Of a stretch of 64,000 nt of DNA, positions 39,851 through 48,311 are shown one piece after another. The translations under genes and the position numbers were made by a program. The stretch is from Bacteroidota bacterium (GTDB lineage Bacteria > Bacteroidota > Bacteroidia > Chitinophagales > BACL12), in contig JADKEK010000003.1 in the NCBI GenBank assembly GCA_016718035.1, positions 200,292 to 264,291 on the forward strand, read 5' to 3'. The first letter of the stretch is position 1. Each line of letters begins with the position of its first letter. Below the pieces are notes generated by a model. The model saw nothing but the letters and a program-made list of their open reading frames with translations, was not told where the DNA came from and ran no database searches.

Positions 39851-42280
39851 ATGTCGAATACAGGTGAAAATTTAAAAAATAATGAGATAGCAGAAGAACA
39901 ATCGTTTAACTGGAAACTATTTCTTACGATTGGTTGGATAACAAGATGGTGGGTTGTGCTGTATATTATTCTCGCAATTGTTGCCTCGTTTTTAATTAGC
40001 CGTTACTCCACACCCTTATACTTATCACAAGCTGATGTGCAGTTTAAAGACAAGTCGAAAGAAAACACTATTGATTTAGGCATTTTAGTTTCCAACACCA
40101 ACGTTGACCGACTCAATGAGGAAATGACTATCCTTAAATCGAAAGGGTATAAATTAGATGCACTTAAACAATTACCTATTCAAGTTTCTTATTTTATCAA
40201 AGAAAATGTAAAGGAAGGTGAAATTTATAAGGGGAGCCCTTATGATGCAATAGTTGAAGTTATCGACTCTAGTATAATTGGACAAAAAATAACAGTCGCA
40301 ATAATTGATACCAATTATTTTAGTTTAAAGTACTTATACAACCATGAAGAATTAGAATACAAATTTGAATTCGACAAACCATATAGCACTCCGGCATTTA
40401 ACATCACAGCACATTTGGTGCGAAAAGAAAAAACGAACCTCAACAAGGATTACTTTTTTATCATCAACAATGTGGAAAAAGAGGCTGAGAAGATTGAAGG
40501 CAAAATACAAATCGATGTAGACAATTTATACGGCGGTAAAATTGTTATTAACTATCGCGACAACAACCCGATTAAAACGCGTGATATCGTAAATGCCATT
40601 GCAGAAGAAATTGTTGCAATGAGTTTACAACGTAAAGCCGGAAGTGCTGAAATGATTATTACGTTTATTGAAGATCAGATCGACTCTCTTGAACAGGAGT
40701 TGTATAACCAGGAAAACATACTGAAAAATTTCAAAAAAGACAACCTGATTATCAGCCCCGAACTTGCCGAAACAAATATCATTCAAAAATTAAATGAAAT
40801 TGACCAAGCTAAATTCGAAGTACTGCTGGAAGGAAAAAGTTTGAAATGGTTGAAAGATTTTACCAATAATAAAAATACGGATATAGATGCCTTAGCTAAC
40901 TATTTTGGCGACTTACAATACAACGATTTTACTCCATACTTAAACTCACTGGTTGAACTCAATAAAGAGCGTGAAAACCTCAGCTTGAGTGTCCCTTCAA
41001 ACGACCCGAGGTTAAGTTCAATTAATAATCAGATGAAAAAAGTAACTGCCAATTTTAAAGAAGCTATTGTCAATGCTGAAAATAAATTGGAAGTAAGGAC
41101 GAAATATTTAACAGAAGAGCAGGAAAAATACGAGGCTGAGTTTTTACAATTACCTGAAAAACAATCTGAATTTGCGCGCTTAACACGGTTAAATGATTTA
41201 AAAGAAAAGTATTATTTATTACTGCTCGAGAAACAGTCAGAATACGAAATCACACTTGCTGGAATGAGCAGTGATTATGTGATTTTAGATGCAGGTGAAC
41301 GAGGCACTTTGGTAGCCCCTGTAAAATCTAAAATATGGGGACTCGCAATACTTATTTGTATTGGTATTTCTTTTGCCCATATTTATTTACGTTTCCTTTT
41401 ACACAGCACTATTATTGGTGTTCCTGATGTTGAGAAGTCAACAAACGTTCCATTACTGGGCGCGCTTCCATTATACAGTAAAGGGAAATTAGATTTACCT
41501 CGTGTAGTTGTTTCTGAAAGTCCTAAATCACAAATAGCAGAATCGTTTAGGGCTATTCGAAGCAATATGCAGTATTTTATTAAAAACGACAACAAGTCGA
41601 AATTAATAGTAATCACTTCTACAGTGAGTGGAGAAGGTAAAACCTTTACTGCAATCAATTTAGCTAATGTAATAAGCGCAACAGGTAAAAAAGTAATTCT
41701 TGTAGATTTTGATTTACGCAAGCCAAAAATCCACAAAGCTGTTGAAGTAAAAAATATCAAAGGTGTCAGCACCATTCTGATTAACAGAGACACTATTGAA
41801 GATTGTATTTTAACAGATACAAATGCCGGTTGCGATGTTTTAATTGCTGGACCAGTTCCACCAAATCCTGCAGAGTTGTTGGTTTCAAAAGCTGCTGATA
41901 AATTATTGGATGATTTATTGGCTATCTACGATTACGTGGTAATAGACAGCCCTCCTGTCGGTATAGTATCTGACTCTATTCCTATTATGGCCAAGGCCGA
42001 TTTAGCAATTTACATGATTAGAGTTAATTATTCTAAACGTAATTTCATAGGCAATGTGCATAGACTTTATAACGATAACCAATTAACAAATTTAGGTATA
42101 GTTGTAAATGATGCCAATGCAAGTGGAACAGAATATGGTTACGGATATGGTTATGGATACGGTTACGGATATGGCTATACCGGCTATAATGAATATTATT
42201 CTGATAGCGTTGGACCAACCTCTTTCTGGAAACGTTTCTTTACAATAAACAGAAAACGTAAAAAGAAAAAGTCGTTATAA
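39851..42280 (+). CDS. wzc: Wzc-type chain-length determinant / BY tyrosine autokinase
   Basis: Two TM segments flank a coiled periplasmic domain. Walker A is SGEGKT, Walker A' is LVDFDLRKP and Walker B is VVIDSPP. The C-terminal tyrosine cluster is EYGYGYGYGYGYGYGYTGYNEYY. Confidence 0.9.
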   Translation: MSNTGENLKNNEIAEEQSFNWKLFLTIGWITRWWVVLYIILAIVASFLISRYSTPLYLSQADVQFKDKSKENTIDLGILVSNTNVDRLNEEMTILKSKGYKLDALKQLPIQVSYFIKENVKEGEIYKGSPYDAIVEVIDSSIIGQKITVAIIDTNYFSLKYLYNHEELEYKFEFDKPYSTPAFNITAHLVRKEKTNLNKDYFFIINNVEKEAEKIEGKIQIDVDNLYGGKIVINYRDNNPIKTRDIVNAIAEEIVAMSLQRKAGSAEMIITFIEDQIDSLEQELYNQENILKNFKKDNLIISPELAETNIIQKLNEIDQAKFEVLLEGKSLKWLKDFTNNKNTDIDALANYFGDLQYNDFTPYLNSLVELNKERENLSLSVPSNDPRLSSINNQMKKVTANFKEAIVNAENKLEVRTKYLTEEQEKYEAEFLQLPEKQSEFARLTRLNDLKEKYYLLLLEKQSEYEITLAGMSSDYVILDAGERGTLVAPVKSKIWGLAILICIGISFAHIYLRFLLHSTIIGVPDVEKSTNVPLLGALPLYSKGKLDLPRVVVSESPKSQIAESFRAIRSNMQYFIKNDNKSKLIVITSTVSGEGKTFTAINLANVISATGKKVILVDFDLRKPKIHKAVEVKNIKGVSTILINRDTIEDCILTDTNAGCDVLIAGPVPPNPAELLVSKAADKLLDDLLAIYDYVVIDSPPVGIVSDSIPIMAKADLAIYMIRVNYSKRNFIGNVHRLYNDNQLTNLGIVVNDANASGTEYGYGYGYGYGYGYGYTGYNEYYSDSVGPTSFWKRFFTINRKRKKKKSL
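42134..42199 (+). repeat. Imperfect hexanucleotide (TAY-GGN) repeat encoding the Wzc tyrosine cluster
   Basis: tat ggt tac gga tat ggt tat gga tac ggt tac gga tat ggc tat acc ggc tat ... tat tat. It is coding, and synonymous variation breaks the perfect repeat. Confidence 0.9.
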
Positions 42281-45169
42281 TTTCATTTCTATTTTAAGGT
42301 ATTTCCCTGTATGGCTTTTTGTATGCTTAGCCACTTGTTCCGGTGTGCCTTCCACCAGGATATTTCCACCACCGGCACCACCTTCAGGTCCAAGGTCAAT
42401 GATATGGTCAGCGAGTTTAATTACATCGAGATTGTGCTCAATAATCAAAACCGTATTGCCTTTATCTACTAAATCATTAATTACATTCATCAATACACGA
42501 ATGTCCTCAAAATGTAATCCTGTGGTTGGCTCATCTAATATGTAAAAAGTATTTCCGGTATCTTTCCTTGATAACTCCTCAGCCAATTTAACACGCTGTG
42601 CTTCTCCTCCACTCAATGTTGTTGACGATTGCCCCAATCGAATATAACCCAATCCCACTTCCTGCAAGGTTTTTATTTTTTTGAAAATCCGTGGATGGTT
42701 TTCAAAAAAATCAGCCGCATGATCAACGGTCATATCTAAAACATCAGCAATATTTTTTCCTTTGAAATATATTTCCAGTGTTTCTCTGTTATATCTTTTA
42801 CCCCGGCACTTTTCACATTCTACATATACATCAGGTAAAAAATTCATCTCTATCACTTTCATACCACCGCCTTCACAAACATCACATCTACCTCCCTTAA
42901 CGTTAAATGAAAATCTACCAGCTTTGTAACCACGAATTTTTGCTTCGGGTACCATGGCAAATAAATTTCTTATTTCAGAAAACACATCAATGTAAGTAAC
43001 AGGATTCGAACGTGGTGTCCGGCCAATTGGCGACTGGTCTATTTCAATTACCTTATCAATGTTTTTCAGACCATCAATTTTTTTATAAGGCAGCGGTTTT
43101 TTCAGTGAGTTGTAATAATACTGCTGCATGATAGGAAATAAGGTGCCATTAATTAAACTGGATTTTCCACTACCACTCACACCTGTTACGCAAATCAAAA
43201 CACCTAAAGGAAATTTTACAGCAACATCTTTTAAATTATGACCAGTTGCTCCCTGTAGTGTTATTTCTTTCCCATTTCCTTTTCTGCGTGTTTTTAAATA
43301 TTCAATTTTACGTTGCTCATTTAAATAATCTGCAGTTAAAGTATTTGCCTGCATAAATTTAACAGGGTCCCCTTCGCCAACTAATTCACCTCCATGAATT
43401 CCCGCGCCAGGCCCAAGGTCGATAACATAATCGGCATGCATCATCATATCTTTATCATGCTCAACCACTAAAACTGTATTGCCACTATCGCGCAAATCTT
43501 TTAAAGCCTCAATCAATTTATTATTATCGCGTTGGTGCAGTCCAATAGAAGGTTCATCCAGAATATAGGTAATACCAACTAATTGCGAACCAATTTGTGT
43601 TGCCAGTCTAATACGTTGTGACTCACCACCACTTAATGTCCGAGTAGGGCGATCAAGCGACAAATAATCTAATCCCACATTTTGAATAAATCCAATGCGT
43701 GCACGAATTTCTTTTAATATATCTTTTGCTATTACCTGTTGTTTGGCGTTCATCCTTACATCAACATCACTAAACCAATTATTGAGTTCTTTGATATCCA
43801 TTAAGGCTAACTCCGCAATATTTTTTTCATCTACCTTAAAATATAATGCTTCCTTTTTGAGGCGTGTTCCATTACATTCATCGCAGGTAGCTTTTTCCAT
43901 AAAGTCTTCAGCCCATCTGCGCATATTTTCAGAAATGGAATTGGAGAAACAACGTTTTATCAATTTGGTTAAACCACCAAATTCTAGGGTATACCACCTG
44001 TCTGTTTCACCTAAAAATACCGTATCATCTTCAGGCAATTCGGCATCACCTTCGTTACCAAATAAAATAGCGTTTAATCCTTTTTTAGGAATATCTTTTA
44101 TTGGAGTAGATAAATTAAATTTATATTTTGTTGAGATGGATTTAATCTGCTTAAATAAAATATTGTCTTTAAATTCTCCAAGTGCCACTATACCACCATT
44201 ATTTATAGTTTTAGATTTATCCGGAATCAATGTTTCCAGATTTACTTCATACACAACTCCCAGCCCTTTACATTTGGGACAGGCGCCATATGGTGAATTA
44301 AATGAAAATGTATTTGGCGATGGCTCTTCGTATGAAATACCTGATGCAAGACACATTAATTTTTTGGAATAATTAAATACAGTTCCTTTATCAGCATCCA
44401 TTACCATAATAAACTGCTTTCCTGATTTCAAAGCTTGCGCCACACTTTGCTTAATGCGCACTAAATCATCTTCGTCAACCTTAAATCTATCAATTACAAT
44501 TTCAATATCGTGCATTTTATATCGGTCAACCTGCATCTTAGGGATTAAATCTTTAATCTCACCATCAATACGCACTTTTAAAAATCCCTGCTTGCGAATT
44601 TGTTCAAACAATTCGCGGTAATGGCCTTTCCTTCCTCTTACAACAGGCGCCAATAAAACAATTCGTTTACCATTAAACTTGGTAATAATACTTTGTATTA
44701 TCTGCTCTTCTGTAAACCGCACCATTTTTTCACCGGTTGCATAACTATAAGCATCGGATGCCCTTGCATATAGCAGACGCATAAAATCATATATCTCGGT
44801 AATAGTACCAACCGTTGAACGGGGATTTTTATTTGTCGTTTTCTGCTCTATCGAAATAACCGGACTAAGGCCGGAAATATTATCTACATCAGGTCGTTCA
44901 ATGGCACCAAAAAATTGTCGCGCATAGGCAGAAAAACTCTCCATATAACGACGTTGCCCTTCTGCATAAATGGTGTCAAATGCCAATGAACTTTTTCCGC
45001 TTCCACTCACACCGGTAATTACCACCAAACTATTTCTCGGAATATTTACATTGATATTTTTCAAATTGTGCACACGAGCGCCCTGCACTTCTAAATAAGT
45101 AACATCTTTATCGCTTATTTCGGGCAAATTAGCGGGTAATTCGGTATTTGAAGACTTTGTTTTTTTCAC
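42275..45169 (-). CDS. uvrA: Excinuclease ABC subunit A
   Basis: 964 aa with GVSGSGKSSLAFDTIYAEGQRRY, two ABC modules (LSGGE.QR ... ILDEP twice) and zinc-finger Cys pairs. Confidence 0.95.
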   Translation of the reverse strand: MKKTKSSNTELPANLPEISDKDVTYLEVQGARVHNLKNINVNIPRNSLVVITGVSGSGKSSLAFDTIYAEGQRRYMESFSAYARQFFGAIERPDVDNISGLSPVISIEQKTTNKNPRSTVGTITEIYDFMRLLYARASDAYSYATGEKMVRFTEEQIIQSIITKFNGKRIVLLAPVVRGRKGHYRELFEQIRKQGFLKVRIDGEIKDLIPKMQVDRYKMHDIEIVIDRFKVDEDDLVRIKQSVAQALKSGKQFIMVMDADKGTVFNYSKKLMCLASGISYEEPSPNTFSFNSPYGACPKCKGLGVVYEVNLETLIPDKSKTINNGGIVALGEFKDNILFKQIKSISTKYKFNLSTPIKDIPKKGLNAILFGNEGDAELPEDDTVFLGETDRWYTLEFGGLTKLIKRCFSNSISENMRRWAEDFMEKATCDECNGTRLKKEALYFKVDEKNIAELALMDIKELNNWFSDVDVRMNAKQQVIAKDILKEIRARIGFIQNVGLDYLSLDRPTRTLSGGESQRIRLATQIGSQLVGITYILDEPSIGLHQRDNNKLIEALKDLRDSGNTVLVVEHDKDMMMHADYVIDLGPGAGIHGGELVGEGDPVKFMQANTLTADYLNEQRKIEYLKTRRKGNGKEITLQGATGHNLKDVAVKFPLGVLICVTGVSGSGKSSLINGTLFPIMQQYYYNSLKKPLPYKKIDGLKNIDKVIEIDQSPIGRTPRSNPVTYIDVFSEIRNLFAMVPEAKIRGYKAGRFSFNVKGGRCDVCEGGGMKVIEMNFLPDVYVECEKCRGKRYNRETLEIYFKGKNIADVLDMTVDHAADFFENHPRIFKKIKTLQEVGLGYIRLGQSSTTLSGGEAQRVKLAEELSRKDTGNTFYILDEPTTGLHFEDIRVLMNVINDLVDKGNTVLIIEHNLDVIKLADHIIDLGPEGGAGGGNILVEGTPEQVAKHTKSHTGKYLKIEMKL

Positions 45170-45192
45170 CTTTTGAAACTCCTTGCAACCGA

Positions 45193-45209
45193 CTTCATTA
45201 TTTCTGAAG
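45193..45209. promoter_or_regulatory. Palindrome CTTCA-N7-TGAAG upstream of uvrA, resembling the LexA-like operator half-site arrangement
   Basis: The core TTCATTATTTCTGAA at 45194-45208 matches GTCATTATTTTTGAC (10624-10638) at 12 of 15 positions. It lies 24-40 nt upstream of the uvrA start codon. Confidence 0.3.
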
Positions 45210-45314
45210 CCGAATTATTTTAACGTGCAAAGGTAAGGGTTTTAGTCTCGAAAAACAGTAAACCTCCAATAATAGTAGTATAGTAAATGGTAAAATATTT
45301 ATCAACAAAAGCCA

Positions 45315-45734
45315 TCAGGGCAGCGCTGCAATACATTTTAATTCGATAGCTATTGGCGTTGGCAAGCTGGTGATGCCCACTGTGGTTCTGCAGGGCTGAC
45401 TATCCTTGAAATATTCAGCATAAAGGCGATTGTAAGTGGCGAAATCACGCTGCATATCTGTTAAAAAAACTGTCACGTCCACTAAATCCTCCCAACGGGC
45501 ACCGGAAGCTTCCAAAACGGTTCTTACATTATGAAAAACAGAGCGACACTGTGCTTCGAAGTCGAAAGCCGTAAAATTGCCATTTTTGTCAATTTCCACT
45601 CCCGGAATCTTGTTAGTTCCTGCTTCACGCGGTCCAATTCCGGATAAAAACAACAAATTGCCCACTTTACGTGCATGCGGATACAAACCAACAGGTTCTG
45701 GTGCTTTATTGGTATGGATGATATTATCGCTCAT
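45315..45734 (-). CDS. RidA/YjgF/UK114-family reactive-intermediate deaminase
   Basis: 139 aa with the C-terminal RTTVGITSLPTPIAIELKCIA signature. Confidence 0.8.
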   Translation of the reverse strand: MSDNIIHTNKAPEPVGLYPHARKVGNLLFLSGIGPREAGTNKIPGVEIDKNGNFTAFDFEAQCRSVFHNVRTVLEASGARWEDLVDVTVFLTDMQRDFATYNRLYAEYFKDSQPCRTTVGITSLPTPIAIELKCIAALP

Positions 45735-45867
45735 GTGCCAAATATAAAGTCAAAACTGCAAAATTGACTACTCTCATACTATTTTTTTGTAATTAACGTT
45801 TTTTAACCCATGTGAAGTGTGAAAAAGGTTTGGTGTCAGCATCTTGAATTTACCTAAAACCAATTAT

Positions 45868-47031
45868 ATGAAAAGTTTCATTGTTACACTTCTTATTTGC
45901 AGCGTTTTTTTATTCACTAATTGCGACAACACATCAACATCAACAGCACCTCGTGCCACTACATTGGAGGATGTATCGGACGCAGAACCTTATACTGTTG
46001 ATGAATCAACCACTTTACCTCCAACCGTTACACTCAATGCTCCCGAAGAGGAAAAATCCACGGTGAGTGAAAGTGTGGAAGCGCGCATTGATGCCGAAAT
46101 TAAAAGGCAATTAAAATTAAACCCCGATTTGCCAGCGCTTAATGAAGTGGCAGCCTCCTACAACAACATTACCGTAAAAGTATTTACCGGATTAGCCGAT
46201 GCAACAGGTGGTGAAACGTATATGGTTGACAATGCCAAATTTGTTGTTGAAGCCATTACCGATATTATTAAAACCTACATGTCGAACGAAACCGATTTGG
46301 TTTTTTTAATTGACAAAACAGGTAGCATGAGTGATGATATTGCTGAAATTAAAAAGAGTATTACGGCAATTATCGAACAGATTGCCCCTTTCGAAAATAC
46401 CAGAGTTGGCTTTGCATTTTATGGAGATAAAAATATTGATAAAGCAACATGGTATAGCAAAGTTAATTTAAGTGATGATTTCACCGCGGCGAAAAAAATC
46501 ATTGCGTCGACGCATACCACCGGTGGAGGTAATCTTGAAGAAAGTGTATATGATGGTGTAGCTAAAACCATTAAAGAAATGAACTGGGAAGAAGGGAGAA
46601 GACGTGTAATTTTATTAATTGGCGATGCGCCAAGTTTAGAACCACCTTATAGTGAATTCACCATGGATGATGTTATTAAAATGGCAAAGGACGAATCTGT
46701 TTCTATGAATTTTTATCCAATTGTTATTGGCTTATCAGGAAGTATAAATGGTGTAGGCAAATTGGCTGAAGTGCCAACTACAGATGCAGCAATTATTGCA
46801 TCAATTGCACCAAACCCGGCAACCAATTACACCTTATTAAAAGCTACTGCAACCGGCAAATACACGGTAGAAATTTTTGATATAAATGGCAAGTTAATTC
46901 AAACAAAAAAATTCAACGATAATAATACATCTATTATGACCGACGAATTGGCAACAGGTGTATATGTAATTCGGTTATATGATGAGGACAATAAAAAAAT
47001 CGACAGCAAAAAACTTGTTGTACGACATTAA
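45868..47031 (+). CDS. Secreted von Willebrand factor A domain protein with a T9SS C-terminal sorting domain
   Basis: Signal/lipobox-like MKSFIVTLLICSVFLFTNC, a MIDAS-like DKTGSMSDD, and a C-terminal roughly 80-aa Por-secretion tail (YTVEIFDINGK...GVYVIRLYD...KLVV). ATG 45868 is preferred over TTG 45844. Confidence 0.8.
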   Translation: MKSFIVTLLICSVFLFTNCDNTSTSTAPRATTLEDVSDAEPYTVDESTTLPPTVTLNAPEEEKSTVSESVEARIDAEIKRQLKLNPDLPALNEVAASYNNITVKVFTGLADATGGETYMVDNAKFVVEAITDIIKTYMSNETDLVFLIDKTGSMSDDIAEIKKSITAIIEQIAPFENTRVGFAFYGDKNIDKATWYSKVNLSDDFTAAKKIIASTHTTGGGNLEESVYDGVAKTIKEMNWEEGRRRVILLIGDAPSLEPPYSEFTMDDVIKMAKDESVSMNFYPIVIGLSGSINGVGKLAEVPTTDAAIIASIAPNPATNYTLLKATATGKYTVEIFDINGKLIQTKKFNDNNTSIMTDELATGVYVIRLYDEDNKKIDSKKLVVRH

Positions 47032-47064
47032 TTAAGGTTATTTTTTGGGGTTAAATACAGTTGC

Positions 47065-47095
47065 AAATCACCTATGTGAGTCGGTGATTTTTTTT
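47065..47095 (+). terminator. Rho-independent terminator downstream of the vWA gene
   Basis: 8-bp stem aaatcacc/ggtgattt, 10-nt loop, followed by a T8 run. Confidence 0.6.
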
Positions 47096-47109
47096 GCAAA
47101 TTAATACAT

Positions 47110-47140
47110 AAAAAAAGAGGCACTCGTGTTGAGTGCCTCT
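47110..47140 (-). terminator. Rho-independent terminator downstream of the M23 peptidase gene
   Basis: Perfect 10-bp stem agaggcactc/gagtgcctct with a 5-nt loop. An A7 run on the plus strand gives a T7 tail on the minus strand. Confidence 0.7.
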
Positions 47141-47162
47141 TTATAAATATTATTTTTATTGT

Positions 47163-48311
47163 TTATTTAATTCTTAATCGTTGCCCTGGTTTCAAAACTT
47201 TTTTACTGGAAATACCATTTAATTTACAAATTTTAGAAACCGTTGTATGATTGCGTGATGCAATTTTTCCAAGCGTATCACCTTTTTTAACAGTGTAATA
47301 TTTTTTACCTGTAGAAGAAGTTGCATTTGTTGAAGATGTTGTTGACGGTTTGAAATGTTCCTTTTTTAGGTAAAACATTTCAGCTGTTAAATCCGAATTT
47401 TTAAAATCAACTAAATATTTAGGATTAATTGCTGCTCCGCGATAACGCAACTCATAATGTAAGTGAGGTCCTGTGCTTCGTCCTGTATTTCCACCCAATG
47501 CAATTTTGTTACCGGAATCAACTGTATCACCTTCGGCAACTAAAATTTTTGATAAGTGGGCGTAATAAGTTTCTAAGCCATTAAAATGTTTAATCACTAC
47601 TAAATTTCCATAACCTGAAACTACATCAGCTTTTTTCACAATTCCATCAAAGGAAGCATACACATCATCACCAATTTCAAGGTCTAAATCTATTCCTGAA
47701 TGAAATCTGCTTCTTCTCCAACCAAAATCGGAGTTTACTTTGCTGTTCCCTAAAGGAAAAGTATAACAATTGCTCCAAGGACTAACTAAAAACACCTGAA
47801 TACTGTCGGTCATTTTTGTTGGATCAAAAACTTCACCGGCATTTAATTCATTTGCCATAAATAAGTCGTCATAAACTTCAAAATCATCAGCCTCTTCCGG
47901 TGTAGCATAATCCACACCACCGATATTTTCATTTTCAGCTTGTTCGCTTAAACGAATATTTTCGCCAAGTAAAACCAGCTGTTCACTAATCGGCAATTGT
48001 TCGTGGGCAGTTATAAGTGACTGGCCGCGAAGATTTGCTTCGGGTGTGTAATCTGATATTAATCTTGGTGCTGCATTCGCATTAGCGTCAACAACATAAA
48101 AATCTTCTATAAATAGAAGTTCGGTTGATGGCGTCGAAGTAGTATCGACAATTGCCTGAAAATTTGTGTTTTCGTTTTGTATGGCAGCTGTGTAAGTCCC
48201 GCAGGCACTCATCATTGCTACCGCCGCAAATCCGGCTGTTAAAACTGTTGTGGGGGTTCTTCTGATTTTTTTTAAATAAGCCACTTTCCTCCGTTTTAAA
48301 GTTTTATACAA
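47163..48311 (-). CDS. M23-family metallopeptidase with a C-terminal LysM domain
   Basis: HxxxD (FHSGIDLD) and HxH (GPHLHYE) motifs. LysM is YYTVKKGDTLGKIASRN...LKPGQRLRI. Lipobox-like MMSAC. Confidence 0.85.
   Translation of the reverse strand: MYKTLKRRKVAYLKKIRRTPTTVLTAGFAAVAMMSACGTYTAAIQNENTNFQAIVDTTSTPSTELLFIEDFYVVDANANAAPRLISDYTPEANLRGQSLITAHEQLPISEQLVLLGENIRLSEQAENENIGGVDYATPEEADDFEVYDDLFMANELNAGEVFDPTKMTDSIQVFLVSPWSNCYTFPLGNSKVNSDFGWRRSRFHSGIDLDLEIGDDVYASFDGIVKKADVVSGYGNLVVIKHFNGLETYYAHLSKILVAEGDTVDSGNKIALGGNTGRSTGPHLHYELRYRGAAINPKYLVDFKNSDLTAEMFYLKKEHFKPSTTSSTNATSSTGKKYYTVKKGDTLGKIASRNHTTVSKICKLNGISSKKVLKPGQRLRIK

Noticed and set aside
42134-42199. Hexanucleotide TAY-GGN repeat that could be mistaken for a microsatellite or phase-variation tract
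   Set aside because: It is in frame and encodes the canonical C-terminal tyrosine cluster of a BY-kinase. Synonymous variation interrupts the DNA repeat, so slippage-based switching is unlikely.
42275-42280. wzc and uvrA converge and share the palindrome TTATAA, which holds both stop codons (6-nt overlap) with no terminator between them
   Set aside because: Tail-to-tail overlaps of this kind are common in compact genomes, and nothing else suggests a regulatory role.
43695-44372. 225-aa plus-strand ORF, together with many 60-136-aa ORFs such as 2472-2660, 5218-5547, 15839-16150, 28089-28391 and 41383-41793
   Set aside because: All lie antisense or out of frame inside long, well-supported genes (uvrA, the RND pump, the SDR, the oxidoreductase, wzc). 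Their composition is low-complexity or Ser/Leu/Ile-rich, as expected for shadow ORFs in AT-rich DNA.
45748-45769. Palindrome AGTCAA-N10-TTGACT between the RidA-family gene and the vWA gene, considered as another LexA-like box
   Set aside because: The half-site spacing (GTCA to TGAC, 16 bp) differs from the 11-bp phasing at 10624-10660, and neither flanking gene is DNA-damage related. It may bind another factor, but there is no support for that.
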